DNA from: a virus
Length of the DNA stretch: 64,000 nucleotides
Direction: 5' to 3' (one strand)
Virus record (IMG/VR): IMGVR_UViG_3300027970_000001
Coordinates: 75,211-139,210 of that record
Position numbers and translations under genes: made by a program
In this document: positions 44,115 through 54,153 of the stretch, piece by piece
Layout: each line of letters opens with the position of its first letter
Position numbering within the stretch: position 1 is the stretch's first letter
Notes under the pieces: model-generated
The model's database searches: none
What the model was told of the DNA's origin: nothing
The model's input: only the letters and a program-made list of their open reading frames with translations

Positions 44115-45326
44115 TCAAACTTGGCCACCGCGCTCGATGTGGCGCGCGATCTTGGCCCCAGCCTTGTTGAGCAGCGCCCGAACCCCGAAATGCAGCGGCT
44201 CAGGCAGTTCGCCCAAGCTGAACCAGCCGTAGTCGTCGTTCTCCGCGTCGAGCTTGCACCTGAACTCGCTGTCCGAAAACGCCAGGTAGTTGTCGAAGGC
44301 GAAGTCAGGCTCGCGGAACGTGTAGACGGGCTCATCCATCACCGAGAGCGGCCCCATGAAGCTCGTCTCTTCGCGCGCCTCTCGAATCGCACAATCAAGC
44401 GTGCTGCCGTCTTGCTCCTCGCACCGTCCGCCGGGCAGGTCCCACGTATGCGGCTCGTTGACGTGCTTGCTCCGCAAAGTCAGCAAGACGCGCCCCGTGT
44501 CCCTCGCCACGATGAGCGCACCAGCGGCAACTCGGCCCCACCGAGTGTTCGCCCGAAGCTGCTTGCCGCCGACAGCCTTGTCGATGTTGACGCCAGGGGT
44601 GCGGCGTCCCCAGTTGAGCAAAGCGACAACCCGCTTGTGCGTCGCGTGGTACTTGCCCGTGCCGTATTCGGCGCCCTGCTTCTTCATCTGCGCCTCGTGG
44701 CGCTTGACGAAGTTCACCGCCCGCATCGCCTTGTCCCACATCTTGGGCGTCCAGCGAGACGGCGGCGTGTCCTTCATCTGCGCGAGCAGGGGCAGCTCGG
44801 CGCGGATGTGAGGGAAGGAGGCGTCCTTGCTGCGCGGGTCTTTGGCCCAGGCACGGATCTGAGCGCCGCTCATGTTGATGAGGTGGCTGAACTCGCGAGC
44901 AAGGGCCGGATCGTGTACCGCGGCGCGGCTGGTCTTGCGGTTCTGCTTGAGCTGCGGAGTGGCAGCCTTCTCAACAATCCTCTGAAGCTCGACCATCGCC
45001 TTCGGGTCGCGCCTGGCCTTCTTGATCAGGTTGTAAATGCCGATGGCAGGAAGGCCGACGCCGACGCTTTGGGCCAAGATTTGCGCGGCGCGCATGTACT
45101 TGTCGTCCGACAAGCTGGCCTTGCCGACTCGGGACGCGCCTGAGATGCCAGGCACGTTTTCGACCGACGCGAAGACCGTGTCGCCAAGCTCGACGACATT
45201 GTCAACCAGCTTGTCGATGGCTCCCTTGAGCTTCGAGGAGACGGTTGGTTTGCTCGTCTTGGCCGGCTGAACGATCGCGCCGACGTTCCGCTTGAGGGGG
45301 CGGCTGGTGCGGCGATGGACCATCAT
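44115..45326 (-). CDS. multidomain protein: N-terminal domain + DUF3140-like + NUDIX
   Basis: FSHLINMS...RHEAQ...LLNWG; GGRCEEQDGSTLDCAIREAREET; LKRN, LKQN and LRAN at boundaries. Confidence 0.75.
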   Translation of the reverse strand: MMVHRRTSRPLKRNVGAIVQPAKTSKPTVSSKLKGAIDKLVDNVVELGDTVFASVENVPGISGASRVGKASLSDDKYMRAAQILAQSVGVGLPAIGIYNLIKKARRDPKAMVELQRIVEKAATPQLKQNRKTSRAAVHDPALAREFSHLINMSGAQIRAWAKDPRSKDASFPHIRAELPLLAQMKDTPPSRWTPKMWDKAMRAVNFVKRHEAQMKKQGAEYGTGKYHATHKRVVALLNWGRRTPGVNIDKAVGGKQLRANTRWGRVAAGALIVARDTGRVLLTLRSKHVNEPHTWDLPGGRCEEQDGSTLDCAIREAREETSFMGPLSVMDEPVYTFREPDFAFDNYLAFSDSEFRCKLDAENDDYGWFSLGELPEPLHFGVRALLNKAGAKIARHIERGGQV

Positions 45327-46096
45327 CGGAGCCTCGACGTGCGCCTTGGGTGGGCGCTGCGCTTCATGCGGCTAGTCTTGGCCTTGGCGCGCTCTACGGC
45401 GACCATGGCGTGCGGCTTGAGCTTGGCCGCGTACTCTTCGACGCGGTACTCGGTCTTGCCGCTGCCGTTGACGATTCGGATGACCACCGGGTACTTGTCG
45501 TGGTTGTCCACGAGCCAATGGTACTCACCGGATGCCTTGCTGCCGATGCGCATGCTCGTCAGGGCGCCGCCAACGGTGGTGCTCTTCTTGAAGGGGACGA
45601 TCTGCTCGCCCTTCTTGGCGCCCCACCCGTACTTGTAAAGCCCAGCGGGCAGCTTCTTTAGCTTCGACACCACGCCCGGGGGCAAGAAGGTGAGCTGCTC
45701 GGCCTTGTGGGCGTCGCGCACTGCCGCCACGGCGTTATAGATGCCAAGCTCGGTCTTGGCCTTGAGCGGGGCGGCCTTGCGGCTGGTCTTCTTGGCGGCG
45801 TTCGGAAACATGGGGTTCGTCTCCAGCCCGTGGCGCTTCAGCGTGGACTTGAAGTTCTTGTTAGAACGCCAATCGCTCGGCGTGCTGCCCGTGTAGATGC
45901 TGGGCTTAGACCGGTCGGGCGATCGGAAGATCAGATGGTTCCCGCGCGAGTAGGTGACGGTCCACCCGCTCTCGATGGCCTTGTCGACGATCTGCTGGAG
46001 ATCTTTGTCGCTGACCTTCACACGTGGCGGCGCGTTAGGCGTCACGGGGCGACCATGACGCCGAAGCCACGCGGAGTAGTCAACGTATCCAGGCAC
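45323..46096 (-). CDS. HicA-like RNase domain + conserved C-terminal domain
   Basis: GWTVTYSRGNHLIFRSP...STPSDWRSNKN....LKRHG. Confidence 0.65.
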   Translation of the reverse strand: MPGYVDYSAWLRRHGRPVTPNAPPRVKVSDKDLQQIVDKAIESGWTVTYSRGNHLIFRSPDRSKPSIYTGSTPSDWRSNKNFKSTLKRHGLETNPMFPNAAKKTSRKAAPLKAKTELGIYNAVAAVRDAHKAEQLTFLPPGVVSKLKKLPAGLYKYGWGAKKGEQIVPFKKSTTVGGALTSMRIGSKASGEYHWLVDNHDKYPVVIRIVNGSGKTEYRVEEYAAKLKPHAMVAVERAKAKTSRMKRSAHPRRTSRLR

Positions 46097-46099
46097 GGC

Positions 46100-46789
46100 T
46101 CAGTTCGCGGCCTTGCGGCTGGTGCGGCGCTTGGCAGCCACGGTCTTGGCGCGGCTCGCCTTGGCTTTGGACCGAGCGGACTTGCTCTTCTCGTAGGAGA
46201 GGCCCTTGCCGTAGATGGCATAGACCTCGGGGTAGCGCGCCCGGATCGCGTTGCGGACCTTGTTGAAGTCCGCAGCCGAGCCGATGCGGCCGATGCGCAG
46301 CATCTGAATGGCGGCGTACGCGCGACGCGGGTTGTCGAGCGGCCAGGCGCGGCGATCGGGGAAGACGAACGCCTTGAGCGGAATGCGCTTGCGCTCCGCT
46401 TCGCTCAGGTAGTTGGGCGTGAGGCCGCCGTCGCTACGACGGCTGCGGGATAAACGGCTCGACTTGCGACGACGGCGGCGGTTGGCCGCAACCGACTTGG
46501 GCTTGCGGGCAACCATGGCAAGCACGCCGATGATCACAAGCCCCCCGCCGATCACAGCGGTAGGGACCACCCAGTCGGGCATGCCGGACTGCTCGGCGGC
46601 GGGCTGCATCGGAACCAGCGGCGTGGTGGCAGGGGCAGCGGGCTGCTGCCCGGTGAATAGCCCCACGATCCCGGGAAGAGCAGTCCCGATGGTGCTGGCG
46701 ACCTGAGCGACGTCGCGGCCGGTGTTGTCGACGCCGGGCTTGGACTGACCAAGACCCCGAAGCCCGAGGTGATGAGGATGGTATGCCAT
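46100..46789 (-). CDS. virion-type membrane protein with an extra basic C-terminal domain
   Basis: MAYHPHHLGLRGLGQ, TM, VAANRRRRR, LTPN then LSEAERKRIP..AFVFPDRRAWPL. Confidence 0.75.
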   Translation of the reverse strand: MAYHPHHLGLRGLGQSKPGVDNTGRDVAQVASTIGTALPGIVGLFTGQQPAAPATTPLVPMQPAAEQSGMPDWVVPTAVIGGGLVIIGVLAMVARKPKSVAANRRRRRKSSRLSRSRRSDGGLTPNYLSEAERKRIPLKAFVFPDRRAWPLDNPRRAYAAIQMLRIGRIGSAADFNKVRNAIRARYPEVYAIYGKGLSYEKSKSARSKAKASRAKTVAAKRRTSRKAAN

Positions 46790-46815
46790 GGTGGTCTCTC
46801 TTTCAAACGACAGGG

Positions 46816-47445
46816 TCAGCGGCGGCGGCGATTCTTGGCCACCTTGGAGCGACGGGACCAGAGCCAGGCTCCGCCGCCGATCAGCAGAACTGCTCCTCCG
46901 CCGATTCCGGCGTACATGGCGATCTTGGTCGCCTTCCCTCCAGAAGACTCGGGAGAGCCGCCGCCCTCAGGGTCCCGAGGCGCATTGACTGCGGCTTGAA
47001 GCGCCGCCGACGGAGATGCGCCACCGGCCTCCGGGTACACGTACAGGTCGGAGAAGGTCCCGTTGATGCGGTACCGAGGCATGATGATCCGGGGCCGACC
47101 CGGGAACTCGTCGCCTGCGGTCGCGAACACGCGAACCATGTCGTTGGCGTAGTCGACGGCGTTGCGCCCTGCGTTCGGCTCCCATTCAACGTAGAGCCTG
47201 CCGCGGATGGAGTCCGATCCCCACCGAGCAGCGCGCACGCGGGCGCCGTCACGAGTAAGCGTCGCACGCACGGCGTCCGGCAGTCGCGGGGCATCGGTCG
47301 GGCCGACGCCCTGCACTGTGAGCGCCGCCGAAAGCCACGGCTGGAGCGCGCCTGGCTGAACGACGGTGCGACGGACCTCGGGGGTGTTGCGATCTGCAAC
47401 CTGTCCAAGTCCAGACGCCGAGTAGATGTTGGGAACGTAGTGCAT
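46816..47445 (-). CDS. virion-type C-anchored membrane protein
   Basis: MHY...SGLGQ; TM; VAKNRRRR. Confidence 0.75.
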   Translation of the reverse strand: MHYVPNIYSASGLGQVADRNTPEVRRTVVQPGALQPWLSAALTVQGVGPTDAPRLPDAVRATLTRDGARVRAARWGSDSIRGRLYVEWEPNAGRNAVDYANDMVRVFATAGDEFPGRPRIIMPRYRINGTFSDLYVYPEAGGASPSAALQAAVNAPRDPEGGGSPESSGGKATKIAMYAGIGGGAVLLIGGGAWLWSRRSKVAKNRRRR

Positions 47446-47453
47446 GGCTGACC

Positions 47454-48239
47454 TCAAATTCCAAGGGCACGACGAATCTGCCTGCCTTGCCTGCCCTGTC
47501 GGTACTTAAAATACGCGAATCCGCCCCCAAGCAGGATGGCAGCGCCTACGCCAAGCCCGATGTAAGGAGCCAGCTCCTTGGCGATCGCGCCGGCAGCCTC
47601 AGCGACTGCGCCACCACCTGTCATGCGACGGACAAAATCGGCGCGTTCACTTGGGCTGCATCCAGAGCATGCGCGGTCGGCATAGCCTTGTGCTCTCTCA
47701 AGACGTTCCAAGTCGCCCCAAATGCTAACCCCATACGCGGCGACGACGGCGATAGCAGCCGCCCCCACGATGATAGCGATGGTGATTGGTTCAATGCCCA
47801 GGCCAGAGGCCGCGCCAATCGAACGGCCACTCCTAATCATGTCAAAGGCACTGGTCCAAAGAGTGCGGGCCTCCCGGAGTAGCGCTGCCTGCGCTTCCAA
47901 GTTCCGCTGCCTTTCCGCAGCGTCTGCGACGTTTTTCGCGCCAAGCTGCTTGATGGTTGCAGCCGCCTTGGCGCACTTGCCGACGATGCCAGCCAAGAAC
48001 TGCTTGCGCTCGTCACGGGTGATTTGCGTAAGCTGACCATCGCGCCCCCGCTGCAAGATTCGGTCAAACGCACGCTGGTCAAAGCGGAAGTTTCCGAACG
48101 CGCTCCTCATCTCTGCCGAGACGAGGCGGATGTCCTCCTCAAGAGAGGCAAGCCCGCTCACGGAGCCAGCCACAGCACCGAGGCCGCCGAGACCGTTCAT
48201 GCCGCAGCCGCAGCCTAGCGATCGCGTCGAATAGGTCAC
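47454..48239 (-). CDS. virion-type membrane protein with coiled coil and two TMs
   Basis: MTYSTRSLGCGCGMNGLGGLG; CSGC. Confidence 0.75.
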   Translation of the reverse strand: MTYSTRSLGCGCGMNGLGGLGAVAGSVSGLASLEEDIRLVSAEMRSAFGNFRFDQRAFDRILQRGRDGQLTQITRDERKQFLAGIVGKCAKAAATIKQLGAKNVADAAERQRNLEAQAALLREARTLWTSAFDMIRSGRSIGAASGLGIEPITIAIIVGAAAIAVVAAYGVSIWGDLERLERAQGYADRACSGCSPSERADFVRRMTGGGAVAEAAGAIAKELAPYIGLGVGAAILLGGGFAYFKYRQGRQGRQIRRALGI

Positions 48240-49096
48240 CGGCGTCCCCGCCCACTTCCGAGACGGCGGCGATTCGGCTGAACCGAACGGCGCCGCCTCA
48301 AAATGACCGCGCCAAGACCGAGCGCAACGAAAGCCACACTTCCGCCGATGATGTACGGCAGGTACTCCTGAAGCTTGTCGGGCTCCTCGCCCTCGACCAC
48401 GCGCTCGGTACCGTCAGGAGTGGTAGCCGTGCCGGCCGTGGTGCCAGAGCTTCGCGTTCGCCGGGGCGCCGTCACCGCAGGGAAGGCAGAAAGCGCCGTC
48501 TCAAGCTGCTGCCCAATTACAACAGCATCGGTGATGGTGCGGGTGGAGGGGTCGTTCCTGGGCGCAGGAGACGCCGCACCAAGTTCAGACGCGATGGCGG
48601 TCAGCGCTCGGATGGTGACCGGGCCGGCTCTTCCATCAACGGTGATGAGCGAGCCGGTGCGCGCGGTGCGGTAAGCGTTGATCGCGTTCTGTGCCCAGGT
48701 CGCCGAAACCCTGACGACAGTTCCGTTTACGCGGCGCCCAGCATCCTGGCCGATAGCCCCTCCGGTGGGAGCGATGGCCGTGGGGCGCTCGGCAGAGGCA
48801 CCCGATAAGAGAAGGCGGCCGGAGCCGCCAACCTCGCGTTCAGCAGCCGTTGCCGCAGCCTGGAGCTGGCGCGTGGCGGATGCAATCGATGCCGAGGTCA
48901 CGGCCTGAGAGAACGGGAAGGTCACTCGGACCTTACCGCCCGAGGTCCAAGCGACGGTGACCGGGTTGCCGAAGTAGCTCTGAAGCGCGCGGGTCAGCGC
49001 CGGCCGCACCAGCGACTCTGCCTGAGTCCGGGTGATCCCTCTGGGGGTCAGCTCGGCGGTGCCAGTTCCACTGCTGTAGCTCCATGCGTCAGCCAT
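48236..49096 (-). CDS. virion-type C-anchored membrane protein
   Basis: TM then VQPNRRRLG. Confidence 0.75.
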   Translation of the reverse strand: MADAWSYSSGTGTAELTPRGITRTQAESLVRPALTRALQSYFGNPVTVAWTSGGKVRVTFPFSQAVTSASIASATRQLQAAATAAEREVGGSGRLLLSGASAERPTAIAPTGGAIGQDAGRRVNGTVVRVSATWAQNAINAYRTARTGSLITVDGRAGPVTIRALTAIASELGAASPAPRNDPSTRTITDAVVIGQQLETALSAFPAVTAPRRTRSSGTTAGTATTPDGTERVVEGEEPDKLQEYLPYIIGGSVAFVALGLGAVILRRRRSVQPNRRRLGSGRGRR

Positions 49097-49111
49097 GACA
49101 TCTCCACGCGT

Positions 49112-49810
49112 TCAGACGGTTTGCCCTTCGTCACGAAGAGCGTCGATGTACTGTTCCCACTGCTTGCCGCGCTTGGACGTGGTCGGGTAGAGCCCAACAA
49201 CGCCCTCCTCATGCTCAACGCACATGAGGCCCTCACGGCGGCACATCTTGTCCAGGTCGGTGATCGGCATCCGCACCGCGCACTTGAGCGTGATGAGGGG
49301 CGACACCGTCTTGAGCTTCGCCTTCGCCTCGTCAGCGTCGGTGTAGACGGTCACCTTGTCTCCCATGCCCTTCTTGGACAGGAAAGACTGCACCTGCTGG
49401 CCAAACTTCGACCGGCTGGGGCTCCACGATGCCGACTCGGAATCGGAGGAAAGTGCCGACTCGGAACCCTCGGCGCTGTCGCCTTCGTTCCTCTCTACCT
49501 TCTGGCTCTTCTTCCAGTACAGGTAGCCGCCCACGCCAGCGCCGCTTCCGACCAGCAGCCATGCCCACGTGGGCACACCCATCATCTTGCGAGACAGGAA
49601 CGGCTCAGGGGCAGGGGGCGGAGGCGCAGCCTGACCGATGCCAGCCGGCAGCGGGTAGATTGGAAGGACCGGGGCTTGTTGAACGGGCGCTCCAGCAACC
49701 GCCATAGGGTAGCGCCCTTCGGACGCCCCAACGCGGAGAGCAGGGGAGCGTGCCCCCTGCTCAAGACCATCAAGCGCTTCGTCTTCGATGTCCCAGTCGG
49801 TTCCAAACAT
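49112..49810 (-). CDS. membrane protein with globular C-terminal domain
   Basis: AGIGQ, TM, VERN; TAGAGT 6 nt upstream. Confidence 0.7.
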   Translation of the reverse strand: MFGTDWDIEDEALDGLEQGARSPALRVGASEGRYPMAVAGAPVQQAPVLPIYPLPAGIGQAAPPPPAPEPFLSRKMMGVPTWAWLLVGSGAGVGGYLYWKKSQKVERNEGDSAEGSESALSSDSESASWSPSRSKFGQQVQSFLSKKGMGDKVTVYTDADEAKAKLKTVSPLITLKCAVRMPITDLDKMCRREGLMCVEHEEGVVGLYPTTSKRGKQWEQYIDALRDEGQTV

Positions 49811-49858
49811 GCGAGCACTCTACCCTAAGTGGGTGTCACGTGCGACGCGCCTGACTAT

Positions 49859-50284
49859 TCAGCGGCGCGTGCGACGGGCCCGGCGAGCGCGGCGGCGGCG
49901 ATTGGCCGCGACAGCGCGGGGCGCCGGCTTGCTGCCGAACGCGAGGTAGCCGATGAGGCCGAGCGCCACGAGCGACGCCGCTCCGATGCCGACGTACAGC
50001 ATCGTGTTGTCCTCGGGCTCGGGAGCCGGGGCGAGGGCCGGCGCGCCAGGCGCGACCGTGGGCGCAACTTGCATACCGGTGTAGCTCGCGGACTTGTTGT
50101 CGAGCATTGGGTCGGCGCCCGACTTGTCAGCCGTGGTCGACTTCGCCTGCCCGAGAGCCTGCATGCCCGAGAAGATGTGCGCGTGGAACAGGCCCGAATC
50201 GGCCGTCCGCTTGAACGCGTGATCGGGCTGACCCTCGTCGCCCATGCCCTGGAATAGTCCGCCCTGGAAAATGCCGTTGTCCAT
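49859..50284 (-). CDS. virion-type C-anchored membrane protein
   Basis: GIFQGGLFQGMG; TM; VAANRRRRARRARRTRR. Confidence 0.75.
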   Translation of the reverse strand: MDNGIFQGGLFQGMGDEGQPDHAFKRTADSGLFHAHIFSGMQALGQAKSTTADKSGADPMLDNKSASYTGMQVAPTVAPGAPALAPAPEPEDNTMLYVGIGAASLVALGLIGYLAFGSKPAPRAVAANRRRRARRARRTRR

Positions 50285-50356
50285 TTTGAGTCCTCCGAAG
50301 ATACAGCGCTGAGCGACTGTATCATGAATGAGATGATTGTGAAGTAAACTTGCGCC

Positions 50357-51448
50357 TCAGCGGCTGCTGCGGCGCTTTGCTCGGCGGCGACGGTTGGCTG
50401 CGATCTTCTTGGCCTGCTGCTTCTTCCAAAAGAAGTAGCCAGCAGTACCAGCAGCGAGCACGCCCACGCCGATTGCGATGTGGGTCGTGGTGATGCCGCC
50501 GGATGCGGCCGGAGCAGGCGCTGGCGCGACAACAGCAGCCGGGGGCGCCTCGGCGGTTCCGGGGGGAGCAGCGGGAGGGGCCTCCGAGGTCGCAACGACC
50601 TCTGCGGCGACATCGACAACCTGATCGACGGACTCGCCGCCGGAGTTGAAGGCGTCAAGGTCCGCCCGCGGATCTGCCACCTTCTTCGATTCGACGTCGA
50701 CCGCGTTGGCCTTCTGCTCGGCCTGCTTGACGTCGGCGGAAGCGTCGGAGGCGACCTTCTCGGCCTGCTGGGTCTTGGCGTCGACCTGCTGAACCTCAGC
50801 GGCCTTCTTGGCGGCCTCCTCGGCAAGCCGCTTGGCTTCCGCCAACTTGGCGGCAGCTTCGGCTGCGGTCTTGGCAGAAGCAGCCTCGGCGGCCTTCTTT
50901 TCGGCGGCAGCGGCAGCGGCAGCGGCCTCCTTCTTCTTTCGGCTCAACTCGGCGTCCAAGGCCGCGAACCTCGCGAGCGCGGCGGCCCCGTCTGCACGCT
51001 GCTTTTCCACGGCCTTGAGCGCGGCCTTAGCAGCCTCGGCCTTGGCAACGTCGGTGGCGCTGAGCCACGCGAAGTAGAACGCGGGCTTGTCGAGCGCAAC
51101 CACGTTCAGGCGGCGAAGCGTATCGGACAGCGACGGGTTGCGGATGAACCCAATGGCCTCTCCGGCGTAGAAGCCACGGAGACGCGCGTCAAGCTTGTTC
51201 CGCTTGTTCAGGTCGTCTCGCACGTCCTGGCTGAACGGGCCAATCCAAGCGCCGCTACGGCCTCGGGCGTATGCCGCAGCAAACGCCTGGCTGATGAACT
51301 TCCCGGGAGCATCCGGGCTGAACTTCATCGCCGTTTCAACAAGCCACTTGACATAGGGGTCCGTGCCAGCCGGAATCGCGGCGGAGGTCGGCGACAGCTT
51401 GACGCCAAGGGTCAGGGGAGCGAGCCCGAGGTTGTGATGGTAGGTCAT
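50357..51448 (-). CDS. virion-type membrane protein with Ala/Lys coiled coil
   Basis: MTYHHNLGL; TM; IAANRRRRAKRRSSR. Confidence 0.75.
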   Translation of the reverse strand: MTYHHNLGLAPLTLGVKLSPTSAAIPAGTDPYVKWLVETAMKFSPDAPGKFISQAFAAAYARGRSGAWIGPFSQDVRDDLNKRNKLDARLRGFYAGEAIGFIRNPSLSDTLRRLNVVALDKPAFYFAWLSATDVAKAEAAKAALKAVEKQRADGAAALARFAALDAELSRKKKEAAAAAAAAEKKAAEAASAKTAAEAAAKLAEAKRLAEEAAKKAAEVQQVDAKTQQAEKVASDASADVKQAEQKANAVDVESKKVADPRADLDAFNSGGESVDQVVDVAAEVVATSEAPPAAPPGTAEAPPAAVVAPAPAPAASGGITTTHIAIGVGVLAAGTAGYFFWKKQQAKKIAANRRRRAKRRSSR

Positions 51449-51455
51449 CGTCGAT

Positions 51456-52343
51456 TCACTTCTTGATGGTGGTCGTCTGATGAGCGCTGCGCAGCGTGGA
51501 TGCGAGCGTGGCAGAGGGCGCCCGGAACTTCAGCGCGGAAGCCGAGAGCGAGACCTTCGCGGTGGGGCCGGGAGAAGAGATGAGGCTGCCAAATACGGGG
51601 GCTCGCACGGTCACGCCGGCAAGAGCGCCTGCCACCTGCTGCCGGGCCGCAATCTGACGCGGGCTAGGCTGCGTCAGGATGTTGGTGAGCAGCTCGTCTG
51701 AGATGCGGATCTCATCGCCGTTGGCGTTCGGTCCGAAGTTGATGCCGCTTGGCCAGTAGCCGACGTTGGCACCCTGAGCCTTGGCCTCGGTGTACCAGTT
51801 GCCAAGGGCCGTCACCATCGCCGACTCGTCCTTGGTCGAGACGGGCTGGCTGTTGTCCAGATACTTGGACTGAACCAGCTTGTTGTAGATGGCGTCGGAG
51901 TAGAGGTGGTCGCCCTGAGAGAGGCGCACATACCCGTCCTCGGTGTTCTTACGCCACATCGAGCGCGGCTCGCGCAGCAGGGCGTAAAACGCCTTGTTGA
52001 TGCGAAGGTCCTTCGACTCGTTGGTGTTCGGTCCGAAGTTGAACTCGCCCCTGGCTCCGGGCCAAAGCTCCTTGGCTCGTCCCATCCTGACCCAGACCGA
52101 GCGCAGGGCGCGCATGAAGGGCCCGTCTTCCTTGAGCTGGCCGTCCACGCGGGGCGCCGTAACGAGCGGAGAAACAGCTTGCAGGCGCTTCAGGATTGCG
52201 AGCATGCCACCGAGCACCGCGTCGTCTCCAACGCGGCCCCAGTCCTGCTCATGCTCGAACTGCTGCATGTAGCTGCCGTTCTCGAACGGGGGCAGTTCGC
52301 CGGAGTTCGTGACGGCGATTTCGCCAAGCCTGCTGTAGCTCAT
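51456..52343 (-). CDS. virion-type protein with an internal duplicated domain
   Basis: MSYSRLGE; FNFGPNTNESKDLRI vs INFGPNANGDEIRI. Confidence 0.7.
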   Translation of the reverse strand: MSYSRLGEIAVTNSGELPPFENGSYMQQFEHEQDWGRVGDDAVLGGMLAILKRLQAVSPLVTAPRVDGQLKEDGPFMRALRSVWVRMGRAKELWPGARGEFNFGPNTNESKDLRINKAFYALLREPRSMWRKNTEDGYVRLSQGDHLYSDAIYNKLVQSKYLDNSQPVSTKDESAMVTALGNWYTEAKAQGANVGYWPSGINFGPNANGDEIRISDELLTNILTQPSPRQIAARQQVAGALAGVTVRAPVFGSLISSPGPTAKVSLSASALKFRAPSATLASTLRSAHQTTTIKK

Positions 52344-53782
52344 CGCATCCTCTTGTTCCGACGGCGGTTGGCCACCATCTCAGGGGAAGGCGCCGCAGCC
52401 AGCTTGCGCTTCTGCCGGCGCTTCTTGACCAGGCGCACGGCGACAGCGCCGCCCACGAAGATGAACGTGCCGCCAGCCATCCAGGCCCAGCGCGGCATGC
52501 CGTGGAAGTCGCGCATGAACCAGGAGAGCGGGACTTGCTGCTCGGCCTTCTGGAGCTTCGCCACCGCGGCGTCGATGCCAGCGAGCGCCTGGTTGATGGC
52601 GTCCGAGTTGTTGCTCAGGGCCGACGCCGCGGCCTCGCCGCGCTCGAAGGCGGCGGCGACCGAGCGAAGAAACCCGTCAAGCGACCTCTGGGCCACCGAG
52701 AAGTACATGCAGCGGCGGTACTCGCGCGCGACGCCGATGTTGATCTTGGAGATCTCAGACTGAACGTCGGCCAGAACCTCATCACGAATCTTCTTGGCGA
52801 AACTGCCGTTCGGGTCGTCTTTGGCGGCGACCTCGGTCTGCAACGCAGGGATGTTCCCGACCCCGGTCACAATCTCGGCCCGCGCAGTCGTAAGCTGCGA
52901 TTGAAGCTGGGCAAGCTGCTGAACGGTCTGCTGGGCCTGATCGGACGGGGCTCGCAGAGCAGCAGCGACGATGCTGTCTACTTGTGCAAGGGCGCCGGGA
53001 ACGGCGGCCACGTTCTGGGCGGCCTTGACGACCGAGTTGGCGAGAGCCTCGAAACCCGACGTCATCGCCCGCGCGTCCCGTGTGATGGCCGCTCGGCCAC
53101 CAAGCAGACTGGCGAGCGCCTCGACCGTCACGACCAGGCTCACAGCGGAGGCGGTTGCGGCGGCCTGGAATGCCTGGTCGCTGTCTCCGCTGACGGTAAC
53201 GGGAAACCCAGGAACGAAGATCGTGGGAGCGCCGACCTTGCCATAGGCAGACTTGACGATGTTGGTAACGAGCCTCGTCACCGTGTTGAGGGGCACGGCC
53301 CCAGAGAACTGCAACCCAACCCAAAGCGTGCCGGACGAGGGGCCGCCGCTGGGGTCTTTCATCCAGCCCGAGGTCACAAGCGTGGGAGGAGCAGAAATCG
53401 CCCCGGACAGCTTGAACTTGGCAACCTCTTCGATCAGCGGCTGACCGCCCTTGCCGCCGCCATAGATAAGCTCAAGAGCTTGAGCTGCCTGGGCATCCGA
53501 GATGGCGACGAGGGGAACCGCCACCGCAACGGCCGTGTTGGCAGGGATGGGGTTCGGAGCCGCGACCGGCTGCTTCATCAGCGCGCACTCGGGCGGCACA
53601 ATGATGAACGGGTTGCCCGAGGTCGGCGCGCTGGCCGCTGCGCCAATCTGGCCAAGACGCTCCCTGGCGCTCGGCGAGATCTTCGACAGCCCGCTCGGCA
53701 TCTTGTCCGCCGACACATCGGCGCCGACCGTCTCGGGCACCTTCGGCAGATCTTGGCCCATGCCAGTATAGCGGTAGGTCAC
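52340..53782 (-). CDS. virion-type membrane protein with long helical ectodomain
   Basis: MTYRYTGMGQ; TM; MVANRRRNKRMR. Confidence 0.75.
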   Translation of the reverse strand: MTYRYTGMGQDLPKVPETVGADVSADKMPSGLSKISPSARERLGQIGAAASAPTSGNPFIIVPPECALMKQPVAAPNPIPANTAVAVAVPLVAISDAQAAQALELIYGGGKGGQPLIEEVAKFKLSGAISAPPTLVTSGWMKDPSGGPSSGTLWVGLQFSGAVPLNTVTRLVTNIVKSAYGKVGAPTIFVPGFPVTVSGDSDQAFQAAATASAVSLVVTVEALASLLGGRAAITRDARAMTSGFEALANSVVKAAQNVAAVPGALAQVDSIVAAALRAPSDQAQQTVQQLAQLQSQLTTARAEIVTGVGNIPALQTEVAAKDDPNGSFAKKIRDEVLADVQSEISKINIGVAREYRRCMYFSVAQRSLDGFLRSVAAAFERGEAAASALSNNSDAINQALAGIDAAVAKLQKAEQQVPLSWFMRDFHGMPRWAWMAGGTFIFVGGAVAVRLVKKRRQKRKLAAAPSPEMVANRRRNKRMR

Positions 53783-53796
53783 AGCTCTCTCCGATT

Positions 53797-54153
53797 TCAG
53801 CGGCGCGTGCGGCGACGCTTATTTGGCGAGACAGGCTTCTTCTTGCTGACGGCCATGATCGCGATGCCGGCAATCAGCACGAGGCCGACTCCTCCAGCAA
53901 TCAGCGCGTACATGACAGCGTTGTCTTCGCTCGTTGCGCCCCGCTGACTTGCGTTGAGCAAGCTGGTTGCGAACGCGTCGGTATCCCTCTCTTGGCGAGG
54001 ACGATTCGCAACCGTCTTGAACACCTCGTCCACCGAAGTGGAAGTTGACTCGCGACGCGCGGACGCAGCGGACTTTTGAGATCCGGCGCCCGAGGCGTCC
54101 TTGCCTGCCGAGGACGACTCTTGAAACCCCATGCCTCTTGAATGGTACATCAC
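53797..54153 (-). CDS. virion-type C-anchored membrane protein
   Basis: MYHSRGMGF; TM; VSPNKRRRTRR. Confidence 0.75.
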   Translation of the reverse strand: MMYHSRGMGFQESSSAGKDASGAGSQKSAASARRESTSTSVDEVFKTVANRPRQERDTDAFATSLLNASQRGATSEDNAVMYALIAGGVGLVLIAGIAIMAVSKKKPVSPNKRRRTRR

